Below, one piece after another: positions 50,803 through 64,000 of a stretch of 64,000 bases of DNA. This DNA comes from Vermamoeba vermiformis (lineage: Eukaryota), in assembly GCA_045837725.1 (NCBI GenBank), contig JBEWZL010000044.1, forward strand, positions 372,001 through 436,000. The letters run 5' to 3'. Within the stretch, counting starts at the first letter, position 1. Each line of letters opens with the position of its first letter. Position numbers and translations under genes: made by a program. The notes under the pieces are model-generated. The model did not search any database and was not told where the DNA came from. It worked only from the letters and a program-made list of their open reading frames with translations.

Positions 50803-53800
50803 CTACTGCAAATATTTTTCATCGAGCACATAGCAAGCAGTTCCGGCTGCATTGTTAACTGTTTTGATCCACAACACATGACGTGCCGCCTTCGCTGTGC
50901 AAAATGCCCATGGATCGAGAACCATTTTGATCTCTTCGACGACTTGCAGCCCTTTGCCGGTAAATTGGATGCGCGCGAGACCTCCTTGGACCTCCACCCA
51001 CACGGCGTGATCGAGCAGATAGTCCTCGCCTAGTGACAGCCGCTGTCCAACGGACACTGTGTAGACGGTGTTTCCAGTCATGTACATGACGCTGTTTTGC
51101 GCAACGAACCACTTGCCACCGTGTCTGTCGATCAGACGCATCTCCCCATTGAGTACTTGGCCGCTCTTGCATGCGTAGGTGCGGAAGTCACATGCAATGT
51201 ACACCTCGCCACTCTTGTCGTAGAACGCACTGTGAGTGAAAAATCCTGCGCCACTGACGGCACAAGAGGTCAGCCAATAAGAACGCGCAATGAACTATGT
51301 CTTACCCCGGTATTCTGTCCACAGGTATTGGAACAGGTGTGTCTTCGACGATTAACGACCCATTCTGCACACGCAACAACATGCTCTTGTAGTAAACACT
51401 CAACAACACTGCCGTGCCATTGCCGAGGGGTGCAATTTTGTACATGGTGACCCAATCGTGCTCTTTAGACTTATGCACCGTAGTATCCACTAACATCAAC
51501 TTGTCACGCGTTCGAACCCCAGCCTGAGTAGTGAAGTTAGTCATATCGCCAGCAGTCGTGCAATACCTTTGAGTAGTCCAAACACCACAGATTGCCTTGT
51601 CCATCGTTAATAATGTTGTGGGAATCAGCGTACGAGGGAATGGGCGGATAGGGCAGTACTTCAACGAGCTTGTCGTAGTACGCGTCAGCTAACGAGCACA
51701 TATCTGCAGCTTGGAAAGTCTCGCCTTTGTAATGCAACGTGTAACTAGTCTTGCTGTGTCCGATGATGTATGCTCCCTCTGTGAAAAACAACGCGTTACA
51801 ACAGGACAGGAATGACAACTCTAACAGGGGTACCTTTGCCGTAGATAAAAGCATCGAACGCTGGCAGCTCCAAGTTAGAGGGCTTTGGAAGGTTGAGCCC
51901 GTCCCAATAAGAATTTTTCAAGTAGATACCACCGCTCGGTGATGGATAAGATGGATAAGGTTCGTTGATGTACTTCATTGCTGGAATACCTTCGCGATGG
52001 ACAAACTTGACGCTCGTGTCGAGAACATTCCCGTCGCGTAAATAGATCACTGCAGCGTTATTAGCGGATTTTCTAATCTTGCAAATACGTACGCGGTACT
52101 TTTCTGCGCGACAATTCTGTTGTCTTGGAGCCGACGTGCATCACACCGAGATGAAAGTTGTTCGCTGTTTCAGTGCAGTGGTAGGGCTCAACATTTGTGC
52201 CATCGAGCGAAGCTGCAACGATCTTCTTCTCGTCTGAAAAGTAAATAATACCGTCTTTGATCGTGTTGTTGGACTTCTCGTTGAGATCACTCATGCGAGT
52301 CGATTTTAACAGGCGGTGCACGGTGGGCGGAAGCTCGTTGGGCAGTTGGTTGTTGCCCGTTGACTCCAACAACACTGACTTATCGGAGAAGCACAGCACG
52401 GCACGAGTGTTGTCGTGAGACTTGGCGAATATTGTGCTAGCAGCAGTCAAGTCTTTTAGGACGACTTTTTTCGGTGCTTCAGTGTTCTAATTGAAGTAAT
52501 TATTATCAATTGCATCTTCGAGGAGTCAATTCTTACATCGACTGGCTCTTCGAGCACGAAGGTTTGATTGCCGTAGCTGATCCAGATCTGTCGCACTTTG
52601 CCGTACACGCGCACGAACATGTCTTTGATAGCAGGCACTTCAGAGACATTCGTCCACTTGCTGCCATCGTAACTCCAATACCCTGACCAAGTCTTAGCAT
52701 ATATAGACTATAAGAATGGCCACAACAAGTTAGTACCTATAGTGCGGTCACTGTACCCCTGTGCACTCCAAACGAAGACTTTGCCAGTGATGTCAGAGGT
52801 CATTTGAATAATTGGACAAAAGTTGGGGCTGCTCGACACCTTGTTCAGCTCGTAGTTGATCTTATAGATCGGATGATATTCAAAGTGCTCAGGAGCGTCA
52901 GGATGGATCACGTGCACGCCGAAATTATCGCCGAAAAAGAATCGACCTTGTTTGTCCAACAAGGCGAGCTGTTCGAACAACTGGCGCCCATCACCTATGA
53001 CGTGAAAGTGACCGCTACGCTCTTCTGGTAGCTTTAGACCGGCCTCAATTGAAGATTTAGGTTTGACCGTCACGTGCTCGGTGGCACTGATCGCGTGCAC
53101 AGTGTACTGATTGCCGTATCTGAACCACAATCGATCTCTGCCGTCAAATCCAATCAATCTGATGGTGCGGCCGCCAATCACCACCGTGCTAGTGCGTGTT
53201 AATACGAGCTGTTGGTGAGGGTGGGAATATACTTACGGATCTGTCTTCTGCAGGGCGCGTCTGACCTCCAAAGTGAACTCTTCAATTGAGGGAGCACCGA
53301 ACATGAACGAATCGTAAGTCCAAAAGAACAATTGTCCGGTCCTGTGACGCACGACTGGTGGCATGATTTTGCCTTGGGTAACCGATATCTTGCTCAGTTG
53401 AGAGGGGCGCAAGTGCTTCACCCTATCAACAAATCGGCGTGCAGATCTGAACCAAAGTTCAGCTGCGCGTTGAGATACAAACGAAAGGTTAATGGTGCCT
53501 CGGTGGGGATCTCTTTTAACTAAAGCCTTATTAAAACTAATGTTTTTCGCGATTTTTGTACTAACCTTGCAGGCCTCCAGTAATGACTAATAGTTGTGCA
53601 TCAATTGACGGAATGGAGAACTAAGGACAAAAATTACTCATTTAAAAATCAATTTCAAATTACTTCGAAATTATTTGAAGCTCCATCGCAACCAGCTGGC
53701 ACCACTGCTGCTTGGCAATAAGAATAAACATCGTCTTCTAAAAATTCTTCCGCATTCTCTATCAAAGTTTCTCTCCAAAGTTTGTTAATCCGCAGGCAAC

Positions 53801-53876
53801 GGCTCAACGTTAACTTATCTTCTTTTATAACGTGTAATATAGTGAAAATCAGCTCAGGAATATCGAGAGCCGCCAT
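50803..53876 (-). CDS. F-box-like protein with beta-rich C-terminal region, paralogue A
   Basis: N-terminal LDIPELIFTILHVI..LSRCLRINKLWRE. Colinear similarity to paralogue B (GFDGRDRLWF, GYWSYDGSKW, YFSDEKKIVAASLDG, LIDRHGGKWF, DHAVW). Confidence 0.75.
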
Positions 53877-54123
53877 TGTTAACAATTACAGCTGGTACTT
53901 TTGTTTGGCTTGGGATAAAAATGCCACTTTCCATTTTTGATGGAACTTTCTGACCGAAAAAACGACGAAATGCCGGTACGTTGAGGGGGGTAATAACATG
54001 TCTGACCTGTGTTATGATATAAACGCGATCCAGCGGTACGTTGATGTTTTTAACAGCCCATTTATTCTACGTGTTTCATTGCATTTAATTTTTGTTCTGT
54101 GTTCTTGAGCACGAGCAAGGCAA

Positions 54124-57100
54124 CTATTTGAAGTGCTTCTCTTCGAGCACCAAGCAACAGCACGATTCGTAGTCCGTGCCCCACAACACGTGCCGTCCAT
54201 TCGACACTACTGAACGCGAGCAGTGTGGCACAACCATCTTCAATTGTTCGGTGATTTCAAGTCCTGTGCCATTGAATTTGACACGCGTCAAGCCACCGTC
54301 GACATGTAGCCACACAGAGTGATCAACGGCAAAATCTTCACCAATCACCTGTTGTCTGAGTGAAATTTCTAGTTTGAACTCAGCAGTGCCTTGATCAGGT
54401 CTGTAAATGAGTGTAGACGGAAAATTCGCGTTGATTCTATCTTGGTAAAACCATTTGTCGTTGTGTCTGTCGATGAGCAACAGTTTGCCCGTGAGAACTG
54501 TCATTGGATGTGCGCGTGCCTGATAGGTCTTGTAGTGCATGCCGTTGGCGTCGTAATCCATGCTCCACTCCTCACTCAGCACGTACACTTCACCTCGTTT
54601 GTCATAGAGCCCATAGTACGGCCAACCTCCAGTTCTGTATGTAGATTGGTTAGCGAGTTTAAGTTCAACACTTGTGTCGCCATGTCTTACTGCGCGAAGT
54701 GCTCCACGCCGATGGGAGTGTACTCAACGTCGAATGATTGAGTCTGTTTGTTGATCTTCAACACGAGACCTTTGTACTTGTAAATCAATACAACTGCACT
54801 GCCATTGCCGAGTGGTTCGATGGCCAATATCTTCAGGGGGTCCTTTTCTGAGGGTGGGCGATGTATCGAAGTATCGAGACGTATGAACCCTTCGGGTGTG
54901 CGAACAGATATCTAAATTGTAATTGATCAGTCGTTAAGAATGACAAACAAAGGTGTGTTTTGTACTTTGCCTGAATCCCAGATCCAAAGGTTGCCAAGGC
55001 CGTCATGAACAACATAAAAGTTGCTGAAAAGTTGAATTGATGAACGATGAGGTGGATACGGCAACAGTTTGATGAGCATGTCGTAGTGCTTGTCCACGAG
55101 TTCTTCGAGCCCTTCGGCTACTAGAGTCTTGCCATGTTGATGGATGAACGTCTCGTAGATGTCGCGAGTGATCATTAGGCCTGGTACTGTAATTAATAAC
55201 ATCACTACTATTAAAAGGTCCTACCATCGTCGCCATAAATTACATCACTGAAATTAGTAAATATCACCTCGCCTGGCTGCACTAGAGGCAATTGATTCGC
55301 CTCCCACTGATACAACTGCTTGTCCATCGAGGAATAGAAATACAAATGACCCTCTGGGTTTGGTGATGCTGCGCGTGCTTTCAAGTTGTTGACGTACAGA
55401 CCAGGCACGCCACTGAAGTCCACAAACTTGACACTCGTGTCCATCAAGTACGTCATATTGCCCGCTTTCAAGTAGATCACTATTCAATAGTTAGTTGACA
55501 CGTGGTTAGTACTATTGATTATCGAACTGACTCGGTACTGGCTTGCTATATTTGCGTGCCTTCTTGACAACAAAATGGACGCGTGGATTTGACAGTGTTT
55601 CAGTGCAAGAGAAGTTCGTGACCGTATTGCCGTCCAATGATGCTGCGACAATCTTCGTGTCGTCTGAGAAGTACATAATATCGTCCATTAACATATTGTT
55701 GCCCCAACCGGCTTTTGCAAGGTCAATGCCACTAAGTAACTTGTGCAGTTTGTCGGGCAGAGTTTGAGGCTCTCGCTGCTTGTGCTTCGAGTCCAATAAC
55801 AACGACTTGGTGCCAATGAAGGCCACTGACTCATGTCTGTCCGCTGATTGTGCCACAATGCGACTGTGGTATGCACTAGTAACGCCTGTCAGTTCTTCCA
55901 ACGGCACCGACACTGGTTTTGCATCACCCTATCGAATATTAGCTCGCAATCAAAAGGGAACTTGAGTACTTACTGCTAGAGGCTCTTCAAGAATTTTTAC
56001 ATCCCGACCTAAAACCAACCAGATCTGCCTTTTGTCTTCGAGAACTCTCACGGCAATGCTGTGGATGCTATCTCTACCCAAATCCACATTCTTCCATTGT
56101 CTTCCATCGTAAGTCCAATAGCCTGCCGAGCATAACAGTTTGTCACAAAGTGTCAAGAAGATAAAATTGAACTTACTACCCATTCCTGCTTTACTCCACA
56201 CGAACAATTTTCCCGTGACATCGACATACTTAAACAGCGGGGAGAACACTTCATTGCCCTCGTGGGATATATTCTTTTCATAAGTAACTTTGTACGTTGA
56301 GTGGTAGTCGAAGTGATTGGGCGAATCAGCGTGAATGATATGCACGCCAATACTATCACTGACATAAAATCTGTTCTCGTGATCTAGTGCGCATATCGGT
56401 TCTGCATTTCCGTTGATTTCGCCAGTGTGAAAGTACTTCCAATGAGGCTTTTCTTTACGTTCGGGCAGACCTGCTTCAGCACGAGTTTTCGCGTTGAGAG
56501 TGACGTATTCGTGCTCTCCTAGACCATGCAGCACATCTGAATGGCTCAATTTGAACCAAATTCTGTCGCGGCCGTCAAATCCGACCAATCCTAAGCCACC
56601 AGCACCAACTACAACCTGCCTATTGATAATCAATTAACGATGTTGCACAAGTGAATCTCTTACGGTTCTGTGGATTTGAACGCCTTCAATAGCTCTTCCT
56701 TAGCCTGGTTAAGTTCTCTATTCTTGTGCGTGTCCCACACCCAGAACCACAGCTGGCCTGTTTTGGGTCGGACAATTGGAGCCATCAGTTTTCCGCCCGC
56801 AAATGAAGTCGTGCGCTCACTACCGGACCAATCGATAGGAGTCAGTGGCTGAGGTCTATTCTGCGGCTCTACATCGATATATCTACGCGCTGTTTGGAAC
56901 CATTTTTCAGCTATGGTACGAGATCTGAACGACAGTTTGTTGCCTTCTTGTCGAATCACTACCAATAGTTACTTAAAATAATAAAGAGTCGATATATACC
57001 CTCTATAGCGCCAGCTATGATCAGAAGTTGTGCTTGGTAGCCTGGAACACGAAACTAGTTACAATATATTAATTGTTAATTCTTATAATCAAAGAGAATC

Positions 57101-57388
57101 TATTTTTAAAGACTCCAATGCAGCCAGTAATTACAACAATTATTCTGCATTTTCTTTCAATTTTTTGACATTTACCTCAAAATTCTTTTCTCCTGGACAG
57201 CCCACTTTGACGGTTGCGCCTTGGCTTTGCGCATAAGTATCTTCGTCTAATAATTGATGCGCATTTTCAATCACGATTTCTCGCCACGGCTTATTAACAC
57301 TCAAGCACCGAGTAAATGCCAAACTGTCTTCTTTTACGAACGAAAGAACATTGAGAAGGAGCTCAGGGAGGTCAAATATTGTGGTCAT
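54124..57388 (-). CDS. F-box-like protein with beta-rich C-terminal region, paralogue B
   Basis: N-terminal IFDLPELLLNVLSFV..FTRCLSVNKPWRE; GFDGRDRIWF, GYWTYDGRQW, YFSDDTKIVAASLDG, LIDRHNDKWF, DHSVW. Confidence 0.75.
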
Positions 57389-57481
57389 TACTTGTGGGCT
57401 CTAATGTGGTAATGATCGCAAGAACTTTGAAATTTGGGTACCATGGGACGCGTCCCATTTTATTTTACACTTGTGGGATGA

Positions 57482-58897
57482 TTACGTGATAAACAGCTTG
57501 ACCTTATTCGTAATATCAGAGCGACATATAATACATTTATCGACTCTCAAGCTGCACTCTTGGCACACGCAGAAATGTCCACATCTGCGACCCAGTTTAA
57601 TGCGTGGTATGGTTAACGATAATTACTCGGTACTTACGGCACGAATGCCACTTCGCACAGCCCATCGTTACAGACCTGGCACTCTGGTATCTCGTGTGCT
57701 TTCTTCTCGCGTGTCGGTTGTTGGATCTGTCAAAAGTACCGTTAGACTTGATCGAACAAAGTTCATATGAATTACCCTCACGTGATTACTGTTATTAAGG
57801 GCTTGAGCGCTGCTGTTAGCACTGCCCACACTCGAATTGCTGTTAGTCAGCGCTGTGCTGGCCCGCAAATTGTTGTTGATTTCAGCCGCGTTTTCAAGTC
57901 GTCTTTGCAGCTCATTAATTTCACGCTGGGCGACAATAAGTTGCGAGCGCATCTGTTCTGTTTCTTCACGCCGAGCTCTTCTCTCGTCCTCTAAAGCCCG
58001 TCTGATATAAGTGAGTCACTAGTCTCATATTCTATCGTTCAAAGTGCGTACCTCAGTACCTGGAGTTGATTCATGACTTGATCTGCGTAGGTTTCTGACT
58101 CGCGTATAGTGGTGAGAAAATTGTTGGTAACCTTAATATTGTTAGTACGCCTCGATTACTATATACAACACTTACCATTCCTATGCGCTCTGAAATTGAA
58201 GCGAGATCTGCCCGTGTCAATTCTGCGATTTGCGATATGGATGCTACGTCAGCTGGACGAGGTCGAGGAATAGCAGGTAAATTATTTTGCTCGACGTTAT
58301 GTTGTGAGTTCAATAACTGCTCTCGTTGTGCATTCTCTATTGCTTTTTGGTGCTTTACAAATTGCACTTCCTCGGCCAGACTAGATCCACGTTAAATTAT
58401 TGAAACAAGGAAATATTGAACATTGGCGGTACGTACTCTGGGTCTACTTCGATTGGATGTTTTTTGAGCTTGTTGGCGCGCTCGAGAACCTTCTTTTTCG
58501 TCGGCGTCATGGTGCTTTTGCTCAAATCCGACTCACTTGCCGAATTAGGCTCTCTTCTTGCATGGTCGTCCATTATCATATTTACATTATTGCTATTATT
58601 AGCAGGCAGTGGGTTGTTGTGGTTATTATTTACAAGCAAGTTGGAATTGTTATTTCCAACAGAGCTAGAATTATTCGAGTTATTCGAATATTCATTATAT
58701 ATTCCCCGTAGAGAGGGTAAGGTACCGTGGCTCGGCATCTGGATCGAGGTACTGAATGGTGGAATTAATGGTGAGCCTGGAGGAACGTGAGCATAATTTT
58801 GGCCATAGTTAGGAACTGGAGGAGACCAAGGAAATACTGGCGCAATATTTTGCGAATAATTATTGGCTGGCTGTGGATAGTAATAGTTTGGATTCAT
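57482..58897 (-). CDS. RING-HC (C3HC4) E3 ligase with N/P-rich N-terminus and coiled coil
   Basis: The last two exons (not in the ORF track) splice to CQVCNDGLCEVAFVPCGHFCVCQECSLRVDKCIICRSDITNKVKLFIT*, an IAP/BOI-type C-terminal RING. Confidence 0.88.
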
Positions 58898-59294
58898 TTT
58901 CGGCGATCTCTTTCTTTATTCACTTGGCCATTCAAAGCAATTTGCACTCGCTATCAAGCATAGCCTAAAGTTAACTAGCTCCCTAACAAATAATAATAGC
59001 TATTGTGCTAGTCCAATTGATCAACAAAATCAAATTGTGGCATTCACCGTGAGCGGGAAAGTCAATAGTAAGAACAGTTTTCTATTCTACTCAAGAATAA
59101 GAATTGAAACAAATGCATTGATAAGTCTACGGTGCTCACTTTTTTGTTTTGTTGAGCGTTGGTTCAAATTTCCTATCTTTCCGTTTATTTTATTTTATTC
59201 TCGCAAAGAAGTTACATATATGTATGTTACTTATGGCGTTGTTGCATTAATACTAGTATGCTGAATTGAACTGAACTGAATTACGGCAAGCAAA

Positions 59295-60953
59295 ATGACT
59301 TTACAGGTAAACTGCGCTCAGTCGAGCGTTTTGTAAATCAGCATTCTTAGTTATTACCAAAATATAATATTATTCATGAGCTATTTTAATTTAAAATATT
59401 AAAGTTATTGAATGCACGGATCCAGATCCTTCAGATTTACTAACATGTAAGATTTTAGAGCCAATCACGGCATAAATTGCTTCGCCTGTTATTGGTGGCG
59501 TCAATATTATCTATAATATTATTTTCACTCGTCTTCTACAGATCTGGGTAAGGAGAATTGCAATAATTTTATATTTATTTTACCGGTTTACTTCAGATCT
59601 TTTGGACAAATCTTAAAAGAATATAACGACTCCAATACTACTCTGCCACATGGTGTCCCTCCAAAACCAGTAGTAGCGCGCATTCGTGCCGACGAAGAGA
59701 TACGCAGTCACATTCCCGTGATCCGTTTTCACGATCCAAACGAAGGACCAAGCGAAGACAGCTTTAGAATTGCATATTTGATTGCCGTGCACAATTCAGA
59801 CACTATTACAGGTGCAGTCATGATGTTAGATCAGCTCTTCGATAGCAAACACACCTTTGTAATTCACTTGGATGCGTACGTCAAAGCTCTATTATTAATC
59901 GATCGCTGCAACTAATTATAATTTATAGCAAGGCCAGCAATTCTACAGCTGCGTTCCTATACCAATCACTGGCCAAATTTAAGTCGGTGAATAATCCCGC
60001 AGATCCAGAACACTACAGCATCAAGCCTCAAAACAATTTGATCGTGCTCATGAACCACCCTATTAACTGGGGTGGATTCGGAATGATACAAGCGACATTT
60101 GACCTGTTAAGTGCAGCATTGCAAAGTGGACGATGGTTTGATTCCGTCGTGGTGTTGAGTGGCAGCTGTCACCCCATCAAACCAGCTGCCTACATTGAAA
60201 AGAAGCTCAAAGAATTGCGGGGCATGTTGTTGCTAAATATAGACGGTAAGTTACATTGACAATTCAAAATGACACTTTTTGACACGTGTAGGCACGGGTG
60301 GTTCAGATGGTCACGGAGAAAAGACAAGCGATCGTTTTGACCTCTATTGGGTCGAGGCCTATTACGACGCCGATAAACTGCCTCTAAGGGCCGATGAGTT
60401 TGACAAGTTTAAGAAGAATTACCCTGCCAATCTGCAACGCCGTTCTGGTACGCAATGGGTGTTCTTATCACGCGAATTTGCCGAATACCTCATCACTAGT
60501 ATGTGCATTGGCAGTATTAATTTCACAATCTAAAGTATGCTGCAGGTCCGTGGGTGAAAAAACTGTTTGTAGCGCACAGTACTTCGTATGTGCCCGACGA
60601 GTCCATGTTTCCATTAATCGTCAACAACAGTCCATTTGTGAACAACACCTTCAGTAAGCTGAACACCAATTATTGTGCCTCTTTGATGCAAATATTTCAA
60701 TAGCTGTGTCAAGAGATGATATCAAGTTGCGCTTTGAGAAGTGGGAAAAAAATCAAGCACATCCCGTGGTAAGGATCAGACTAGCGTTTGTTATCTATCA
60801 TGTACTAAACTTGCTCCGCAGACACTAAGCGAAAAGTCCATGCTCGAGCCAGTTAAAAGTCCTGCACTGTTCGCGCGCAAATTTCCACCCAAACCAGAAC
60901 TGCGCAGCTTTGTTAATCGCTTGGCACAACAATTGTGGTCAGAAGAGGAATAA
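59295..60953 (+). CDS. Glycosyltransferase family 14 (xylosyltransferase / core-2/I-branching-like), type II membrane protein
   Basis: TM segment LLRLLLVASILSIILFSLVFY; RIAYLIAVH, FVIHLDA, INWGGFGMIQA, VVLSGSCHPIK, SGTQWVFLSREFAEY, VPDESMF, LFARKF. Start codon tentative. Confidence 0.88.
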
Positions 60954-61146
60954 TTGTAGTACACGGAAAGGATTTTAGCCTGGTGGCAGATGGAAGGAAG
61001 CAAAATTAGAGCTAGTGCATGCTAGCAAGTTGCCCCCGTCTGTAATAAATGATGAACTCAATCTATTTTTTAATTTTTTTGTTTTTTATTTTTTTTCTCA
61101 TAACCGACACTCACTTGGGGCCAGTTGATTGATCAATTAAACGCTC

Positions 61147-62528
61147 TTATTTGGATTCAGTCTTAGTCTCGTTTTGAGCGGCTTCGGCAGCAGCTTGTTC
61201 AGCCTCTTGTTCGCGAGCAACCTTGATGGACAACACACGGGGACCGTTCTCGGCTTGGATCTCCTTGTTGTCAACAGCCTTCAAGGCCTTTTGTTGTTCC
61301 TCCTCGTTGGCGAGGGTGACGAAACCGTAACCTCGGCTGCGACCGTTGCGAGTGGTCACGACGCGAGCTTGAGTGACGTTGAAGCCCTCGAAGATCTTGG
61401 CAAGAGCGACGTTGTCAACAGCGAAGGGCAAGTTGGCAACGAAGAGAGTGGTCTTGGAAGGAGCAGACTCGGCGGCAGGCTTTTGCTCGCGAGGCTTCTT
61501 TTGTTGTTGGGTGTTGTTGGTAGCAGGGGCAGCACCACCGTTGTTGTTGTTGCCACCACGAGCACCACCGCGGCCACCACGGCGACCACCACGGCCACCA
61601 CGACCACCAGTAGTGGGGCTACCACCACGAGCAGCTATTATTAGAGACCAGATTAATAACTTGTATTTTCACCACAAACCAAAAATATGCAAAAATTGAA
61701 GAATTTCGTCAAGACTATTCCCGATTACGTGATAATAGGTCCTAACATATGCACATTAACAATTATATCGTATTTATACTTACCACCACGACCACCACGG
61801 CCACCACGACCACCGCGGGATCTAATTAAAGAGAAATTAGCAAGAAAGGACAATCAAGACTCCACAATGGTATATTAAGATATCCACCACAAATAATGCC
61901 ATAACGCAATAGTTGAGGGTTTAAATTAAGTTCGATCCCAAAGTCACAAAACGATCCACGAAAGATTACGGTTAAATTGCGATTAGAGTATTTACCTTCG
62001 GCCACCACGTTGAGCAGTGAAATCATCACCGTCCTTAGCTTCGGTGTTGGTATTGGAAGGAGCAGCGTTGGTAGAAGTTTGTTCGGCGGGCTCATCTTGG
62101 CGGGGCTTGGCGAGCTCGACGTTCAAAGCACGACCGTCCAAATCCTTGTGGTCCATAGCTTCGACGGCCTTCTTGGCATCGTCTTCGTTGACAAAGTCGA
62201 CGAAACCGTAACCGAGAGATCGACGACCGCGTCTGATGACCTTGGTGTCGGCACTATTTAAAATTAATTATTAATTGCCATTCCACGATGCTGTATCATA
62301 AAATAATGGTATGATCGTGACGTTCTTATTGATTGATTAAATATTGTTTTTTTGTATTATTGTTTTTTCGTCACATCCTCGATCGTCGTTTGTTTTCTTT
62401 TGTTTTTCGGAACGATTGTCATACACAGTGCCAAACTTCTTGAAAGCTTCGAGGAGCTCAGTTTCGGTGGTCTTGAAGGCAAGGTTGCCAACGAAAACTT
62501 TAGTGGTTTGAACGGTAGGAGTAGCCAT
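61147..62528 (-). CDS. RNA-binding protein with two RRMs and RGG boxes
   Basis: KVFVGNLAF / LGYGFVDF and LFVANLPF / RGYGFVTL (RNP2/RNP1 motifs), separated by RGG repeats. Confidence 0.92.
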
Positions 62529-62746
62529 TTTGTTTTAGAAGAACGTTTGATCAAAGTGAGATCTGAGGTCGTTAAGTGAGAACGAAAAAGTACAAAGGTA
62601 ATGAGGCCTTGTAAGTGGAAAGAACAAAGAGGAGGAAAGCGGTGACGCAAAAACAGGACATTGCAACCGTGACTTAACTGTAACACCGTGACTTAACCAC
62701 TTGCCTGAGAAAATCGGTCTTTTTTCATTCCTTCAAATAAGTAACC

Positions 62747-63540
62747 ATGGCTGGCACTGCTAAGAAAGTAAGTTCGGCTTGTATGCAATTAAATTGTTGT
62801 TGGTGAGCTAATCTGATCAGGTTTTGGTTCCGATCGCAAATGGCAGCGAGGAGATTGAAGCCGTTTGTATTATCGACACTCTTCGGCGAGCAAATGCTGA
62901 AGTCATCGTAGCTTCCATTGAAGGCGATTTGACAGTCACATGTTCTCGAAAAACAAAGATTGTTGCAGATTGCTTAATTGGCGATTGTAAAAATCAGACT
63001 TTCGATTTAATTGCTCTTCCTGGTATGACTGTTCACGATTGTATTTTTATGTTATTTTCCAAATTATTTGCTCAACATTTTCATTGTTTAGGCGGCATGC
63101 CTGGAGCTGAACGACTCAGCGAATGTAAAGAGCTGATTGAGCTATTGAACAAGCAACGTAGCGAGGGCCGTTTCTACGCTGCAGTTTGTGCATCTCCTGC
63201 GGTCGTGTTCGAAAAACACCGTAAGTTGCAATGCCTTGTTTTTGTACGGGTGATGTAACCAGACTTCCAACAGATTTGCTGGACGGTCACAAGGCCACGT
63301 GCCATCCTAACTTCGCTGACAAGATTCACGATCGCGAGCAGATGGACCACAGGTAGGCCGAGCAATAGTTGGTAGTTTTGAGTGTCTCATATTGTCCGTA
63401 GAGTTGTCGTGTCCGGCAAAGTCGTGACGAGCCGTGGTCCTGGCACTTCACTCGAGTTTTCACTGAAGCTCGTTGAACTGTTGTACAACAGAGAGACCGC
63501 TGAGAATATCCAAAAAGCCATGTTAGTACCTTCATTTTGA
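62747..63540 (+). CDS. DJ-1/ThiJ (PfpI family) protein
   Basis: VLVPIANGSEEIEAV..DTLRRA, DLIALPGGMPGA, AAVCASPA (nucleophile Cys), VVTSRGPGTSLEF. Confidence 0.94.
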
Positions 63541-63718
63541 CTCGACCACAGCAACTCTAATGACAGGTGTCACTTGAGCAGTCGCATGTAAATTTTAGTA
63601 AATAGCTTTTCATAATTCAAATAGACTACAGTTTAACGAGTTTTATTCGACAAAATTAGAAATAAACAAATGATTACATTGGCAGGCTATAGTCACAGTT
63701 GATAGGTGGTCAGGAGAA

Positions 63719-64000
63719 CTAAGGCTTAAATTCCCAAATACGAATTAAACCGTCGTCTCCGCAGCTGGCTAAGATATTGCTCTGCTTTGGATTCCACCGC
63801 AAACAATTTACATCGGTGTGGTGTGCTTTAGTTTTGGCTTCTTTTAACACGAATTGATTGTTTTCGTTCTAAGCAAAAGTTAACTTTCCGCCCGTGTAAT
63901 GTTCATCTAATTACGTACCTGTTGATAAATTTTGATTGAGTCGTCGGCACCAGAAGTGGCAAGATAGTTCGACTTGGACCAAGCCACGCTGTAAATGGTG
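63719..64000 (-). CDS. CIAO1: 3' end of a WD40 protein, probable cytosolic Fe-S assembly factor CIAO1/Cia1 (partial)
   Basis: TIYSVAWSKSNYLATSGADDSIKIY and AHHTDVNCLRWNPKQSNILASCGDDGLIRIWEF*. Runs off the window end. Confidence 0.75.

Noticed and set aside
42785-58897. Apparent cluster of ubiquitin-system genes (Kelch-BTB, two F-box, RING)
   Set aside because: These families are abundant in protist genomes and are interspersed with unrelated genes; nothing indicates functional clustering.

Overview
This is a gene-dense eukaryotic nuclear window with many short (about 40-200 bp) GT-AG introns and CTAAC/CTGAC branch sites, so most genes are split across several ORFs in the supplied track. The gene repertoire suggests an amoeboid protist, which is an inference. 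About 21 protein-coding genes can be reconstructed by eye: RCC1-RhoGEF-RasGEF, exocyst Sec10, a giant HECTD4-like E3 ligase, NDUFAF5, cytosolic MDH, a TopBP1-like BRCT protein, CDP-DAG synthase, an unknown CX5R protein, a UvrD-like/PD-(D/E)XK fusion, OXSM, a PHD-C5HCH-HTH protein, Kelch-BTB, BTG/Tob, a Cys-rich GPI-type surface protein, two tandem F-box paralogues, a RING E3, a GT14 glycosyltransferase, a two-RRM/RGG protein, DJ-1 and a partial CIAO1. Four observations stand out. (1) An intron-containing, apparently mitochondrion-targeted AddB/AdnA-like protein has a degenerate UvrD motor and an intact 4-Cys Fe-S RecB-type nuclease split by a ~200 aa KE-rich insert. (2) A 1,952 bp Mutator-like element with ~106 bp TIRs and a perfect 9 bp TSD sits inside a ~100 bp bidirectional promoter and carries decayed coding cargo. 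(3) One protein looks like an unannotated LMW-PTP/Ssu72-type phosphatase. (4) Several genes show unusual domain fusions (BRCT+IPT/TIG, PHD-C5HCH+HTH, HECT+PH). All exon boundaries were inferred manually and no database searches were run.
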